From NCBI GenBank assembly GCA_023421395.1, contig JAEZTL010000021.1:42266-106265 (forward strand): DNA of 64,000 bases, in the 5' to 3' direction. The position numbers were made by a program, and so were the translations under genes. The DNA is from Bacillota bacterium (GTDB lineage: Bacteria; Bacillota; Clostridia; Christensenellales; Aristaeellaceae). Of the stretch, positions 38,086 to 48,580 are shown piece by piece (position 1 is the first letter of the stretch; each line of letters starts with the position of its first letter). Below the pieces are notes generated by a model that saw nothing but the letters and a program-made list of their open reading frames with translations, was not told where the DNA came from and did no database searches.

Positions 38086-39510
38086 ATGAAACAAACCGAA
38101 GTCGGTTATTTGATCCTGCTGGCGATCATCCTTGCGGTTTCGTTTGGATTCAGACTGCGGCAGCGGGAGCCGATCCGGCGCATCGGCCGCAAGTTCACCG
38201 GAACGAAGCCCGTGTACGAAACCTGCAAAACGACGTTTCAGGACGTGGCGGCCAACGAGGAGGCGCTTAGAAGCCTTTCGATGCTGGTGGATTACCTGAA
38301 AAATCCATCGAAATACGGCAGCATGGGCGCGCGTATGCCCCGTGGCGTGCTGCTGTACGGCCCGCCAGGTACCGGCAAAACGCTTCTGGCCCAAGCGCTT
38401 GCGGGCGAGGCGGGCGTACCTTTCTTCGCGCTGTCCGGCTCTGACTTTGTGCAGATGTATGTGGGCGTCGGTGCCAGCCGCGTGCGAGAGCTGTTCCAGA
38501 AAGCCAAAAAGGCAGGAAAATGTGTAATCTTTATCGACGAAATCGACGCGATGGGCAAAAAACGCGACGACAGCGCCTCCGAAGAGCGAGAACAGACGCT
38601 TAATGCGCTTCTCAGCGAAATGAGCGGCTTTAAGAAGAATGACGGCGCCATCGTGCTGGCGGCCACCAACAGGCTGGACACACTCGATCCCGCGCTGCTT
38701 CGGCCTGGCCGCTTCGACCGGAAGATTGAGGTGGGCCTTCCGGGGTTGAACGAGCGGCTGGACATCCTGAAGCTGCACAGCCGGGGCAAGCCCATGGCGG
38801 AGGGGATCGATCTCGCAAATCTCGCGGCACAGACGGTGTACTTCAGCGGCGCGTCGCTGGAGGCGCTTTTGAACGAAGCGGCCATTCGAGCGGCGCAGCG
38901 GGGCTCCGAAGCGATCGAACGAACCGATATCGACGCGGCATACCTGGCCACGGTGGCCGGAGAGGACAAGCCATCCCACGCGGCGCAGAAAGAGCGCGCG
39001 ACCATCGCGCTCCACGAGGCGGGCCACGCGCTGGCGACGCGGCTCCTCTTGCCCGATCAGCGGGTTACCCGCGTCAGCATACTGCCCTCCGGCAAGGGTG
39101 CGGCAGGGTACAGCCTTTCGATTCCACCGGAGCTTTCAATCATCGGACGGGACCGGCTGGTTCGGCAGATTCAGGTATTGCTGGCGGGCCGTGCTGCGGA
39201 GCTTTTGATCGGCGGCCCGGACGAGATCACCGGCGGCGCATCCAACGATCTGGCGCGCGCGGCGGAAATCGCCGCTGCGATGGCGCTGGATTTGGGGATG
39301 ACCGGAGAGCCCGGCGTGGCGATCCGCCCGCTGAAGGCAGCCTGCGGTACCGGCGACGCGATGGAACGCTGCAAGGAGTTGCTGGGTCATGAATTTGATG
39401 CGGTGACAAACCTCCTTCAAAGTCATTCCGAACTGCTGATGAAGCTGACGGAGGCGCTGCTTCAAGAGGAGACCATCGACGAGCAGCGGTTTTTGCAGCT
39501 CGTAGCCTGA
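38086..39510 (+). CDS. FtsH-family AAA+ zinc metalloprotease, short form (single N-terminal TM, no extracytoplasmic domain)
   Basis: Walker A GPPGTGKT, Walker [32 protein letters not shown], and HEAGHAL (HExxH) with downstream GGASNDL. Start is ATG 38086 after AAGGAGGG. Confidence 0.82.
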   Translation: MKQTEVGYLILLAIILAVSFGFRLRQREPIRRIGRKFTGTKPVYETCKTTFQDVAANEEALRSLSMLVDYLKNPSKYGSMGARMPRGVLLYGPPGTGKTLLAQALAGEAGVPFFALSGSDFVQMYVGVGASRVRELFQKAKKAGKCVIFIDEIDAMGKKRDDSASEEREQTLNALLSEMSGFKKNDGAIVLAATNRLDTLDPALLRPGRFDRKIEVGLPGLNERLDILKLHSRGKPMAEGIDLANLAAQTVYFSGASLEALLNEAAIRAAQRGSEAIERTDIDAAYLATVAGEDKPSHAAQKERATIALHEAGHALATRLLLPDQRVTRVSILPSGKGAAGYSLSIPPELSIIGRDRLVRQIQVLLAGRAAELLIGGPDEITGGASNDLARAAEIAAAMALDLGMTGEPGVAIRPLKAACGTGDAMERCKELLGHEFDAVTNLLQSHSELLMKLTEALLQEETIDEQRFLQLVA

Positions 39511-39526
39511 AAATTCTCCGGCACGG

Positions 39527-39576
39527 CAACCCCTGTCGAACGAATGATTTTGTTCGACAGGGGTTGTGCTTTTTCT
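39527..39576 (+). terminator. Strong intrinsic terminator after the ftsH-like gene
   Basis: CAACCCCTGTCGAAC (39527..39541) pairs with GTTCGACAGGGGTTG (39552..39566), 15 bp, followed by TGCTTTTTCT. Confidence 0.85.
39534..39559. promoter_or_regulatory. Two inverted Spo0A-box heptamers (TGTCGAA) upstream of spoIIAA
   Basis: TGTCGAA at 39534..39540 on plus. TTCGACA at 39553..39559, which reads TGTCGAA on minus. They lie 82 to 107 nt upstream of the spoIIAA ATG. Both are part of the terminator stem. Confidence 0.35.
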
Positions 39577-39580
39577 CCGA

Positions 39581-39607
39581 AGGATTCGCACGGGGCGGCG
39601 TGGAACC
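39581..39607 (+). promoter_or_regulatory. Possible sigma-H-like promoter of the spoIIA operon
   Basis: AGGATTC - 14 nt - GGAAC, versus my remembered consensus AGGAwwT-N12-14-RGAAT. The -10 is imperfect. Confidence 0.2.
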
Positions 39608-39640
39608 AAACGCCGATGAGAACAGCGGGGAGGGCGGCGA

Positions 39641-39946
39641 ATGGTCAATCATGAAAAACGGCGGGGTTCTATGGTGGTGGCACTCTCCGGGGAACTGGAC
39701 CACAGGCGGGCGGATCAGCTTCGGCCGGAGTTGGACGAGCTGCTCCGGGATCCGAAGATCAAGGAACTGGTGTTCGATCTTTCGGGGCTCAGCTTCATGG
39801 ACAGCTCCGGAATCGGCATGATCCTGGGGCGGTACAAGCTGATGGCGCGGCGGGGTGGGAGCGTATCGGTCCGATGCGCGAACGCACAGATCGACCGCGT
39901 GTTTGAACTGGCGGGGCTGTATACGATCGTCAGAAAATTGGCGTGA
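39641..39946 (+). CDS. spoIIAA: Anti-sigma-F factor antagonist (STAS)
   Basis: LSGELDHRRADQLRPELDELL..LSFMDSSGIGMILGRYK, containing the phosphorylatable Ser context DSSG. Confidence 0.88.
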   Translation: MVNHEKRRGSMVVALSGELDHRRADQLRPELDELLRDPKIKELVFDLSGLSFMDSSGIGMILGRYKLMARRGGSVSVRCANAQIDRVFELAGLYTIVRKLA

Positions 39947-39960
39947 TCGGGAGGGCGAAG

Positions 39961-40416
39961 ATGAGTATTGTCAATGAAATGCGCGTGGATTTCCTCGCGT
40001 GTCCGGAAAATGAAGCGTTTGCGCGCATGGTGATCAGCGCTTTTCTCCTGCCGCTCAACCCGACGTTGGAGCAGATGGGCGACGTGAAGACCTCTGTGTC
40101 GGAAGCGGTCACCAACGCGATCATCCACGGTTACGGCGGCAGGGGCGGCACCGTGCGGATGAAGGCGCTGCTGGAATCCGACGGCACGCTGACGGTCGAG
40201 GTGATCGACAACGGCCGCGGTATCGAAAATATCGAAGAGGCTCGAAAGCCGTTCTTCACCTCGCTGGAGGGATCTGAGCGCAGCGGTATGGGCTTTACGG
40301 TGATGGAGAGCTTTATGGACGAATTGGAGGTCAAGTCGCAGCCGGGCGTCGGCACGACCGTCAGGATGCGCAAGCGGATGATCCCGGAAGAAATGCCGCT
40401 GGCGCGCAACGCTTGA
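39961..40416 (+). CDS. spoIIAB: Anti-sigma-F factor / serine kinase
   Basis: GHKL N box SEAVTNAIIHGY, G1 VIDNGRGI and G2 SGMGFTVM. Start is ATG 39961 after GGGAGGG. Confidence 0.9.
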   Translation: MSIVNEMRVDFLACPENEAFARMVISAFLLPLNPTLEQMGDVKTSVSEAVTNAIIHGYGGRGGTVRMKALLESDGTLTVEVIDNGRGIENIEEARKPFFTSLEGSERSGMGFTVMESFMDELEVKSQPGVGTTVRMRKRMIPEEMPLARNA

Positions 40417-41183
40417 CCCGCGATGGCAACCAAAGCGAATTGATTGAGCGCGCGCAGGCGGGCGATCCCCAGGCGATGGACGCGTTGGTGCGCACACACC
40501 TGGCGCTGGTAAAGTACGTGGTCAGGCGCTATGTAAACCGGGGGCGGGAGTATGACGACCTTTACCAGATGGGCTGCCTGGGGCTTGTCAAGGCGATCCG
40601 GAATTTTGACACGTCCTTTGACGTGCGGTTTTCCACCTACGCGGTGCCGGTGATCCTGGGGGAGATTCGTAGGTTCCTGCGGGACGACGCGCCGATCCGG
40701 GTGTCCCGCTCGATCAAGGAAAACGCGGTCAAAGTGTACCGCTTCATCGAAGAGTACGAGGCCAAGCACCAAAAAGAACCGGCACTGGATGAGATCGCCT
40801 CGGCGCTGTCGCTTTCACGGGAGGACGCGCTTTTGGCACTGGATTCCGCGCGGCCGACGCGCTCCTTCAGCGAACCGGTGGCCGGGGACGGCAGCCTGAC
40901 ACTGGGGGATACGCTGGGCGAGGACAACACCAGCCTGATTGACGACAGGCTGACGGTGGACGCGATGCTCGGAAAGCTCTCGGAAAAGGAGCGCGCCATT
41001 GTGCTCCGGCGCTATTTTGCGCGCCATACGCAGTCGGAGATCGCGCAGGACTTTGGAATGACGCAGGTGCAGGTTTCCAGATTGGAGAGCAGAATCATCG
41101 CCCGGCTCCGCAGGGAAGCGTCGGGCGATGAAGGGGATTACGTTAGGTCGCGAAGCGGTGGGAAGTCCAGCGTCGCGAAGTAG
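40413..41183 (+). CDS. sigF: Sporulation sigma factor SigF
   Basis: Third gene of the spoIIA operon. The TTG start overlaps the spoIIAB stop (TTGA). Region 2 DLYQMGCLGLVKAIRNFD..FSTYAVPVILGEIRRFLRD and region 4 HTQSEIAQDFGMTQVQVSRLE. Confidence 0.88.
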   Translation: MTRDGNQSELIERAQAGDPQAMDALVRTHLALVKYVVRRYVNRGREYDDLYQMGCLGLVKAIRNFDTSFDVRFSTYAVPVILGEIRRFLRDDAPIRVSRSIKENAVKVYRFIEEYEAKHQKEPALDEIASALSLSREDALLALDSARPTRSFSEPVAGDGSLTLGDTLGEDNTSLIDDRLTVDAMLGKLSEKERAIVLRRYFARHTQSEIAQDFGMTQVQVSRLESRIIARLRREASGDEGDYVRSRSGGKSSVAK

Positions 41184-42397
41184 TCGGCCGGGGTCTGGCG
41201 CCTTCGGATCAGCCGGAAAGTGCCGTCGGGTTGGAGCAGAACCTCCGCCGAGCGCAGCTTGCCGTTGTAATTGTAGCCCATCGAATGGCCGTGGGCGCCG
41301 GTGTCGTGCAGCACCACCATGTCGCCGGGATCGATCCGGGGCAGGGAACGCTGTACGGCGAATTTGTCGTTGTTTTCACACAGCGAACCCACCACGTCGT
41401 ACACGTGGTCCTTTGGCGCGCTCTCTTTGCCGACCACGGTTATGTGGTGGTAGGCGCCGTACATGGCGGGGCGCATCAGGTCCACGGCACAGGAGTCGAG
41501 GCCGATGTATTCGCGGTGGGTGTGCTTTTCGTGGATGGCGGTGGTCACGAGCCAGCCAGAGGGACCGGCCAGCCAGCGGCCCAGTTCCGTCGCCACCCGA
41601 AGCGGCGGGAGATTGCCGCCCAGGATTATTTCCTCGTAGGCTTTTTTCACGCCTTGGCCGATGGCAAGAACGTCCGGCTCCGCTTCTTCCGGGCGGTAGG
41701 CAACGCCGATGCCGCCGGACAGGTTGACCATGCCAAATATCGCCCCGGTCTTTTGAGAAATGTCCTTTACCAAGCTGAAAAGGAGCTTCGCCAGCTCGGG
41801 GTAATACTCGGGCATCAGCGCGTTGCTGACCAGAAACGCGTGCAGGCCGAAGCGCTTTGCACCCAGCTTCATCAGCCTTTCCACCGCCTCGTATACCTGG
41901 GGCACGGTCATGCCGAACTTGGCTTCCTCCGGATGACCCATCACGAAGTTGCCAAAGCGGAAGGCTTCGCCGGGGTTGACGCGAAGGCAGATAGACTCCG
42001 GAATGCCGCCGTGGGCTTTCAGAAAATCGATGTGGGTGATGTCGTCCAGGTTGATGGTGGCGCCGAGCGCCCGGGCATACTCGTATTCCTCCGCGGGGGT
42101 TTCGTTGGAGGAAAACATGATTTCGTCGCCGGAAAAGCCGCAGGCTTTCGCCAGCATCAGCTCGGTCAGCGACGCGCAGTCGACTTTTACGCCTTCCTCC
42201 TGGAGGATCTTGATCAGGTGGGGATTGGGATTGGCCTTGACGGCGAAGTATTCCCGGTAGTCTGCGTTCCAGGAAAACGCCTTTTTCAGGAGCCTCGCGC
42301 GCTCGCGCAGTGTGCCCTCGTCATAAAGGTGGAACGGCGTGGGAATTTCTTTTACGATCTCGCGGAGAATCTCGGCGCTGGGCAGCGTCTTGAGCAT
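41138..42397 (-). CDS. lysA: Diaminopimelate decarboxylase (fold-III PLP decarboxylase)
   Basis: TPFHLYDE.., PLP-Lys context YFAVKANPNP, GGGIGV, and CENNDKFA-type active-site Cys region. Start is ATG 42397 after GAGGTG. Confidence 0.8.
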   Translation of the reverse strand: MLKTLPSAEILREIVKEIPTPFHLYDEGTLRERARLLKKAFSWNADYREYFAVKANPNPHLIKILQEEGVKVDCASLTELMLAKACGFSGDEIMFSSNETPAEEYEYARALGATINLDDITHIDFLKAHGGIPESICLRVNPGEAFRFGNFVMGHPEEAKFGMTVPQVYEAVERLMKLGAKRFGLHAFLVSNALMPEYYPELAKLLFSLVKDISQKTGAIFGMVNLSGGIGVAYRPEEAEPDVLAIGQGVKKAYEEIILGGNLPPLRVATELGRWLAGPSGWLVTTAIHEKHTHREYIGLDSCAVDLMRPAMYGAYHHITVVGKESAPKDHVYDVVGSLCENNDKFAVQRSLPRIDPGDMVVLHDTGAHGHSMGYNYNGKLRSAEVLLQPDGTFRLIRRRQTPADYFATLDFPPLRDLT

Positions 42398-42431
42398 CGG
42401 GAACACCTCGCATAAATACACAGTATATACA

Positions 42432-42460
42432 ATTCTAAACCGGTCGAATTGGGAAGTCAA
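42432..42460 (-). promoter_or_regulatory. Sigma-70 type promoter of lysA
   Basis: Minus strand reads TTGACT - 17 nt - TAGAAT. Confidence 0.6.
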
Positions 42461-42487
42461 ACGAATATTTCTTTAACAACCCGGGCG

Positions 42488-42516
42488 TTGAAGAAATGCC
42501 GCCCTTGTGGTAAAAT
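42488..42516 (+). promoter_or_regulatory. Sigma-70 type promoter of the radical-SAM/rng operon
   Basis: TTGAAG - 17 nt - TAAAAT with an extended -10 TG (TGGTAAAAT). Confidence 0.6.
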
Positions 42517-42548
42517 CCATGCGTATGCCCGAAAAGGGCGGGGAGGAA

Positions 42549-44392
<1,844 letters not shown>

Positions 44393-44396
<4 letters not shown>

Positions 44397-45160
44397 GGGC
44401 GCTGTACCAGTTCGCAAAGCTCAGCCGTCTGAAGTTTGTATCCCACCTGGACCTGCAGCGGTTTATGCAAATGGCGCTTCGCCGCACGGAGCTGCCCGTG
44501 GCCTACTCGCAGGGCTTTAATCCGCACCCGGTGATGTCGTTTGCGTCAGCGCTGGCGGTGGGCTGGACCAGCGAGTGTGAGATCTTGGATGTCAAGCTTG
44601 CGAAGTCCGTGGCGGAGGAATTCGCGTTTTCCCAGATGGCGTCGGCGCTTCCGCCGGATATGCCGCTCCGGCGCGTCCGGCTGGTGGAAGATAGCCATCC
44701 CGCGATGATGGCGTCACTGAGAACCGCCCGGTATCGAATCGCGCTGGCGGGCGAGGGCGCGCCTAAGGTGGTCGCTGCCGTGGAGGGCTACATGGCCGAA
44801 TCCAGCGTGATAGCGCTGAGAAAGACGAAGTCCGGAGAAAAGCCGGCCGACATCCGTCCGATGACGGTCGAATTGGTCGCGAGTCAGAGCGCGGAGGGCA
44901 AGGACGGCTCAATACAGACCGGAGTGCCCGAGTGCATCAGCAATAATACTTCGGTTTGCTTAAACCCGCAGGAACAGACCGAAGACTCTTGGCGGCTGTG
45001 GACTACGCTGATGCTGACGGAAAAGGCGACCCTGAAGCCCGATCTGCTGGTTTCCACGCTGGCTGCCAGGGCGGGTGCCGAGGTGCCGGACATGCAAATT
45101 CACCGGCTGCGCCTCATGGGCGAAGGGGCCCATGGCGCCGCCGATCTGATGGATTTATAA
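44393..45160 (+). CDS. Radical-SAM-linked protein, TIGR03936/DUF2344-like (function unknown)
   Basis: YQFAKLSRLKFVSHLDLQRFMQMALRRTELPVAYSQGFNPHP is the family N-terminus. Its ATG overlaps the upstream stop (ATGA). Confidence 0.75.
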
Positions 45161-45185
45161 TTTTTGACAGAGATGGGTTGTGCGA

Positions 45186-46685
45186 ATGGATCGGGAATTG
45201 CTGGTGGAGTGCTCGGGCGATCAGACGCGATTGGCCGTCGTCGAAGATGGCGATCTGGCTGAACTCTACATTGAACGCAAGGGACACGAGAAGCTGGTCG
45301 GCAACATTTACAAGGGACGCGCCGCCAACGTTCTGCCCGGCATGGAGGCGGCGTTCGTCGACATCGGTCTTGAGAAAAACGGCTTCCTCTACGCCGGCGA
45401 CATTCTGGTGGACAAGACTGATTTTGGTCTTGACCCCAAGGCGTTGGAGCAGGAATTGAAGAGCCTGTCGATCCGAAAGCTCGTCAAGGTGGGGCAGGAG
45501 ATCCTCGTGCAGGTGATCAAGGAGCCAGGCGGCAGCAAGGGACCCCGGCTCACCAGCCACATCACGCTGCCGGGACGGCTCGTGGTGCTACTGCCGACGG
45601 TGGGGTACGTGGGTGTGTCCCGCCGCATCGAGGCGGAGGACGAGCGCGCCCGCCTGCGTGCGATGGCCGAAGCGCTGAAACCCCAGGGCATGGGGCTGAT
45701 CGTCCGCACCGCCGCGGAAGGTGTGCAGGAGGCCGACTTGGAGCGGGACATTCAATATCTCCAAAAGCTGTGGGAATCCATCGCCCGGCGGGCGGCCGCG
45801 ACGGCCGCGCCGGCACTGCTGCACCGCGACGTATCGCTGGTCTACCGAGCGGTGCGCGATATGCTGGTAAACGGCGTCAGGTCGCTCACCATCGACGACG
45901 ACGGCCAATATGCGCTGGCCCGGTCCACTGCGGAGATGCTTTCGCCGGAGTTCGCGCAGAAGGTGGTCCATCACGCCGCCGATATGCCCATCTTCGAGCC
46001 CTATCGCATCGACGCTCAGGCCGAAAAGGCGCTTCTTCGGCGCGTGTGGCTGAAAAGCGGCGGATATCTGGTGTTTGACTACGCGGAGGCATTGACGGTC
46101 ATCGACGTCAATACCGGCAAATTCGTCGGCAAGCACTCGTTGTCGGACACGGTGTTTCAGACCAACTGCGAAGCGGTGTCCGAGATTGCCCGGCAGCTGA
46201 GGCTTCGGGATATCGGCGGCATCATCGTGATCGATTTCATCGACATGGACCGTGCGGAGCAGCGGGATCAGCTGTTGACGCTTTTGCGCAAAGAGCTGAA
46301 AAAGGATCGAACCAAGACAAACCTCGTGGGGATCACCGAGCTGGGGCTCGTGGAGATGACCCGAAAAAAAGTGCACCAGCCGATCCACACGCTTATGATG
46401 CAGCCCTGCGCATGCTGCCAGGGCAGCGGCCGCGTACTCTCCGACGAGAGCGTTGCCAGGGCGGTGCTGAACGAGCTGCGTTCCCGCTCCGCCGCAGGCC
46501 AGTCCGGCGCGTTTCTGGTGGAAACCACGCCACAGGTGGCGGGGCAGATGCTCTTGATAGGATGCCGTATGCAGGCGAAGGGGTATGTGCTGTCGAGCGA
46601 CCGCCGGAAGAACGGAGACTACATCATTTCGCCCGTATCAGAGGGCGAACTGCCGGCTAAAGCGCGGCAGATCCCCCGGAATTAA
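45186..46685 (+). CDS. rng: Rne/Rng-family ribonuclease (RNase G-like)
   Basis: S1 domain GNIYKGRAANVLPGMEAAFVDIG. Catalytic-core segments LTVIDVNTGKFVG and IIVIDFIDM. Confidence 0.88.
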   Translation: MDRELLVECSGDQTRLAVVEDGDLAELYIERKGHEKLVGNIYKGRAANVLPGMEAAFVDIGLEKNGFLYAGDILVDKTDFGLDPKALEQELKSLSIRKLVKVGQEILVQVIKEPGGSKGPRLTSHITLPGRLVVLLPTVGYVGVSRRIEAEDERARLRAMAEALKPQGMGLIVRTAAEGVQEADLERDIQYLQKLWESIARRAAATAAPALLHRDVSLVYRAVRDMLVNGVRSLTIDDDGQYALARSTAEMLSPEFAQKVVHHAADMPIFEPYRIDAQAEKALLRRVWLKSGGYLVFDYAEALTVIDVNTGKFVGKHSLSDTVFQTNCEAVSEIARQLRLRDIGGIIVIDFIDMDRAEQRDQLLTLLRKELKKDRTKTNLVGITELGLVEMTRKKVHQPIHTLMMQPCACCQGSGRVLSDESVARAVLNELRSRSAAGQSGAFLVETTPQVAGQMLLIGCRMQAKGYVLSSDRRKNGDYIISPVSEGELPAKARQIPRN

Positions 46686-46693
46686 GGAGACCC

Positions 46694-48088
46694 ATGAAGG
46701 AAAGAGATCGAAGCGTTACCTCCGAAGAGTTGGAGGCACAGCGCGGGTACATGCGGCTGGTTCGCCAAATGGACGCGCCACAAAAAAAATACCACATCGT
46801 AACCCTTGGATGCCAGATGAATGTGCGCGATTCCGAAACAATCGCGGGCATGCTGGAGGAGATGGGCATGAGCCCAGCCGAAGCCAAGGAAGACGCGGAT
46901 CTGGTGCTCTACAACACCTGCTGCGTGCGTGAAAACGCGGAAAACCGCGCGCTGGGAAACGTGATCTGGCTCAAGGAGCTGAAAAAGCGGAAGCCGGATA
47001 TGCTCATCTGCGTGGGCGGCTGCATGATGCAGGAGGCGGGCGTCGCCGCCTCGCTCAAGTCCCATTACCCGTTTATCGACCTCATCTTCGGCACGCACAA
47101 CCTGCACCGCCTGCCGGAACTTTTGTTCCGCGCACTCACAGAGAAGCAGCCGGTGGTCGAAGTTTTTGATGGGGAAGGGGTCATTGCCGAGGGACTGCCC
47201 GTCCGTCGCTCCGGAAAGTATTCCGCCTTTATCAATGTCATGTATGGCTGCAACAACTTCTGCTCATACTGCATCGTGCCCTACGTGCGGGGGCGCGAGC
47301 GTTCCCGCGCGGCGGCGGACGTGCTGGATGAGGCGAAGATCCTTATGGAGGACGGCGTTCAGGAGATTACGCTGCTGGGTCAGAACGTCAATTCCTATCA
47401 GGGGGGTGGCGGCGCGTTCGCGGAGCTTCTGAGCCGCCTGGACGAAATGGGCGTGCCGCGCATCCGCTTCATGACTTCGCACCCGAAGGACCTGTCGGAG
47501 GAATTGATCGAAGCGTACCGGACGCTTCCGCACCTGTGCAAGCAGCTGCACCTGCCGGTGCAGGCGGGCAGCGACCGCATCCTGGGCCTGATGAATCGTG
47601 GCTACACGCGGGAAAAGTATCTGCGCCTGGTGGAGCACCTGCGCGCGGCATGCCCGGACATCGGATTGACCACGGATCTCATCGCCGGCTTTCCAGGGGA
47701 GACGGCGGCGGAATTTGAAGAGACGCTCTCTCTGGCCGAAGCGGTGCGTTTTGACGCCGCGTTTACGTTTATCTATTCCCCAAGGCCCGGCACGCGGGCG
47801 GCTTCCATGGAGGATGGGACCCCGATGGCCGAAAAGACGGCGCGTATTGAGCGGCTGATCGCGCTTCAGCGCGCGGTGACTGCCGAAATCCTCGCCGCGC
47901 AGGTGGGCACGGTGCAGGCAGTGCTGGTCGAGGGCGCGTCCGCCAGGAACCCCGGCTGGATTTCCGGCAAGACCGACCGGGGACACATGGTCAATTTCCC
48001 GGGAAATATCGAGAGCGTCGGCCGTATGGTGGCGGTGAAGATCGTTTCCGCAGGCCGCAATACGCTGCGCGGAAGCGCGATAGAATGA
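46694..48088 (+). CDS. miaB: tRNA-i6A37 methylthiotransferase MiaB
   Basis: MTTase N-domain (YHIVTLGCQMN), radical SAM motif GCNNFCSYC, and a TRAM C-terminus. AAGGAGA SD. Confidence 0.93.
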   Translation: MKERDRSVTSEELEAQRGYMRLVRQMDAPQKKYHIVTLGCQMNVRDSETIAGMLEEMGMSPAEAKEDADLVLYNTCCVRENAENRALGNVIWLKELKKRKPDMLICVGGCMMQEAGVAASLKSHYPFIDLIFGTHNLHRLPELLFRALTEKQPVVEVFDGEGVIAEGLPVRRSGKYSAFINVMYGCNNFCSYCIVPYVRGRERSRAAADVLDEAKILMEDGVQEITLLGQNVNSYQGGGGAFAELLSRLDEMGVPRIRFMTSHPKDLSEELIEAYRTLPHLCKQLHLPVQAGSDRILGLMNRGYTREKYLRLVEHLRAACPDIGLTTDLIAGFPGETAAEFEETLSLAEAVRFDAAFTFIYSPRPGTRAASMEDGTPMAEKTARIERLIALQRAVTAEILAAQVGTVQAVLVEGASARNPGWISGKTDRGHMVNFPGNIESVGRMVAVKIVSAGRNTLRGSAIE

Positions 48089-48099
48089 TGGAGGACAAA

Positions 48100-48513
48100 A
48101 TGAATCAGGTTTTTTTGAAGACGCGTGAACTGGGCGATGCGATCATGCAGTCCGAGGAATACAAGGCGATGAAAGAGGCTGAGGACCGGGCCATGTCCAA
48201 CCCGGACGCGGCCGAGGCGATGGGGCAGTATATGGAGGCGCGGCAGAAGATCGAGGCGCTGCTGGAGCAGGAAAATCCCGATCCGGAGGCGCTCAAAAGG
48301 CTGTCCGCCGAAATGGACGGCCATCAGCAGAAACTGTCCCTGATTGACGACGTGCAAGTGCTGACCGAGGCGCGGGAGAATTTCTCCGGCCTGATCGAGC
48401 AGGTGAACCAGGTACTCCGGTTCATCATCACCGGACAGATGTCCGAGCCCAAGTCCAGCTGCAGCGGGCATTGCGGCGGGTGCGGTGGCTGCGGCGGCGA
48501 TATGCTCAACTGA
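48100..48513 (+). CDS. YlbF/YmcA (RicF/RicA) family protein with C-terminal Cys/Gly tail
   Basis: FLKTRELGDAIMQSEEYKAMKEAEDRAM is the start of the DUF964-type helical bundle. The tail is SSCSGHCGGCGGCGG. Its position between miaB and mutS equals that of ymcA in B. subtilis. Start is ATG 48100 after GGAGGA. Confidence 0.65.
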   Translation: MNQVFLKTRELGDAIMQSEEYKAMKEAEDRAMSNPDAAEAMGQYMEARQKIEALLEQENPDPEALKRLSAEMDGHQQKLSLIDDVQVLTEARENFSGLIEQVNQVLRFIITGQMSEPKSSCSGHCGGCGGCGGDMLN

Positions 48514-48580
48514 TAACTGATTCAAGGCGCGCCGCCGCCCGCCGGAGGCGCGCTGAAACCTTACCAATGCGACCGGAGGG

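Noticed and set aside
42398-42548. Lysine (L-box) riboswitch upstream of lysA.
   Set aside because: The promoter TTGACT-17-TAGAAT leaves only about 35 nt of leader, far too short for an L-box.
48460-48513. Cys/Gly-rich tail (SSCSGHCGGCGGCGG) on the YlbF/YmcA-like protein as a novel metal-binding peptide or RiPP-like motif.
   Set aside because: From memory, B. subtilis YlbF carries a similar C-terminal CGGGCGSGGSCGC tail, and the Ric complex binds Fe-S clusters. This is therefore a family trait.
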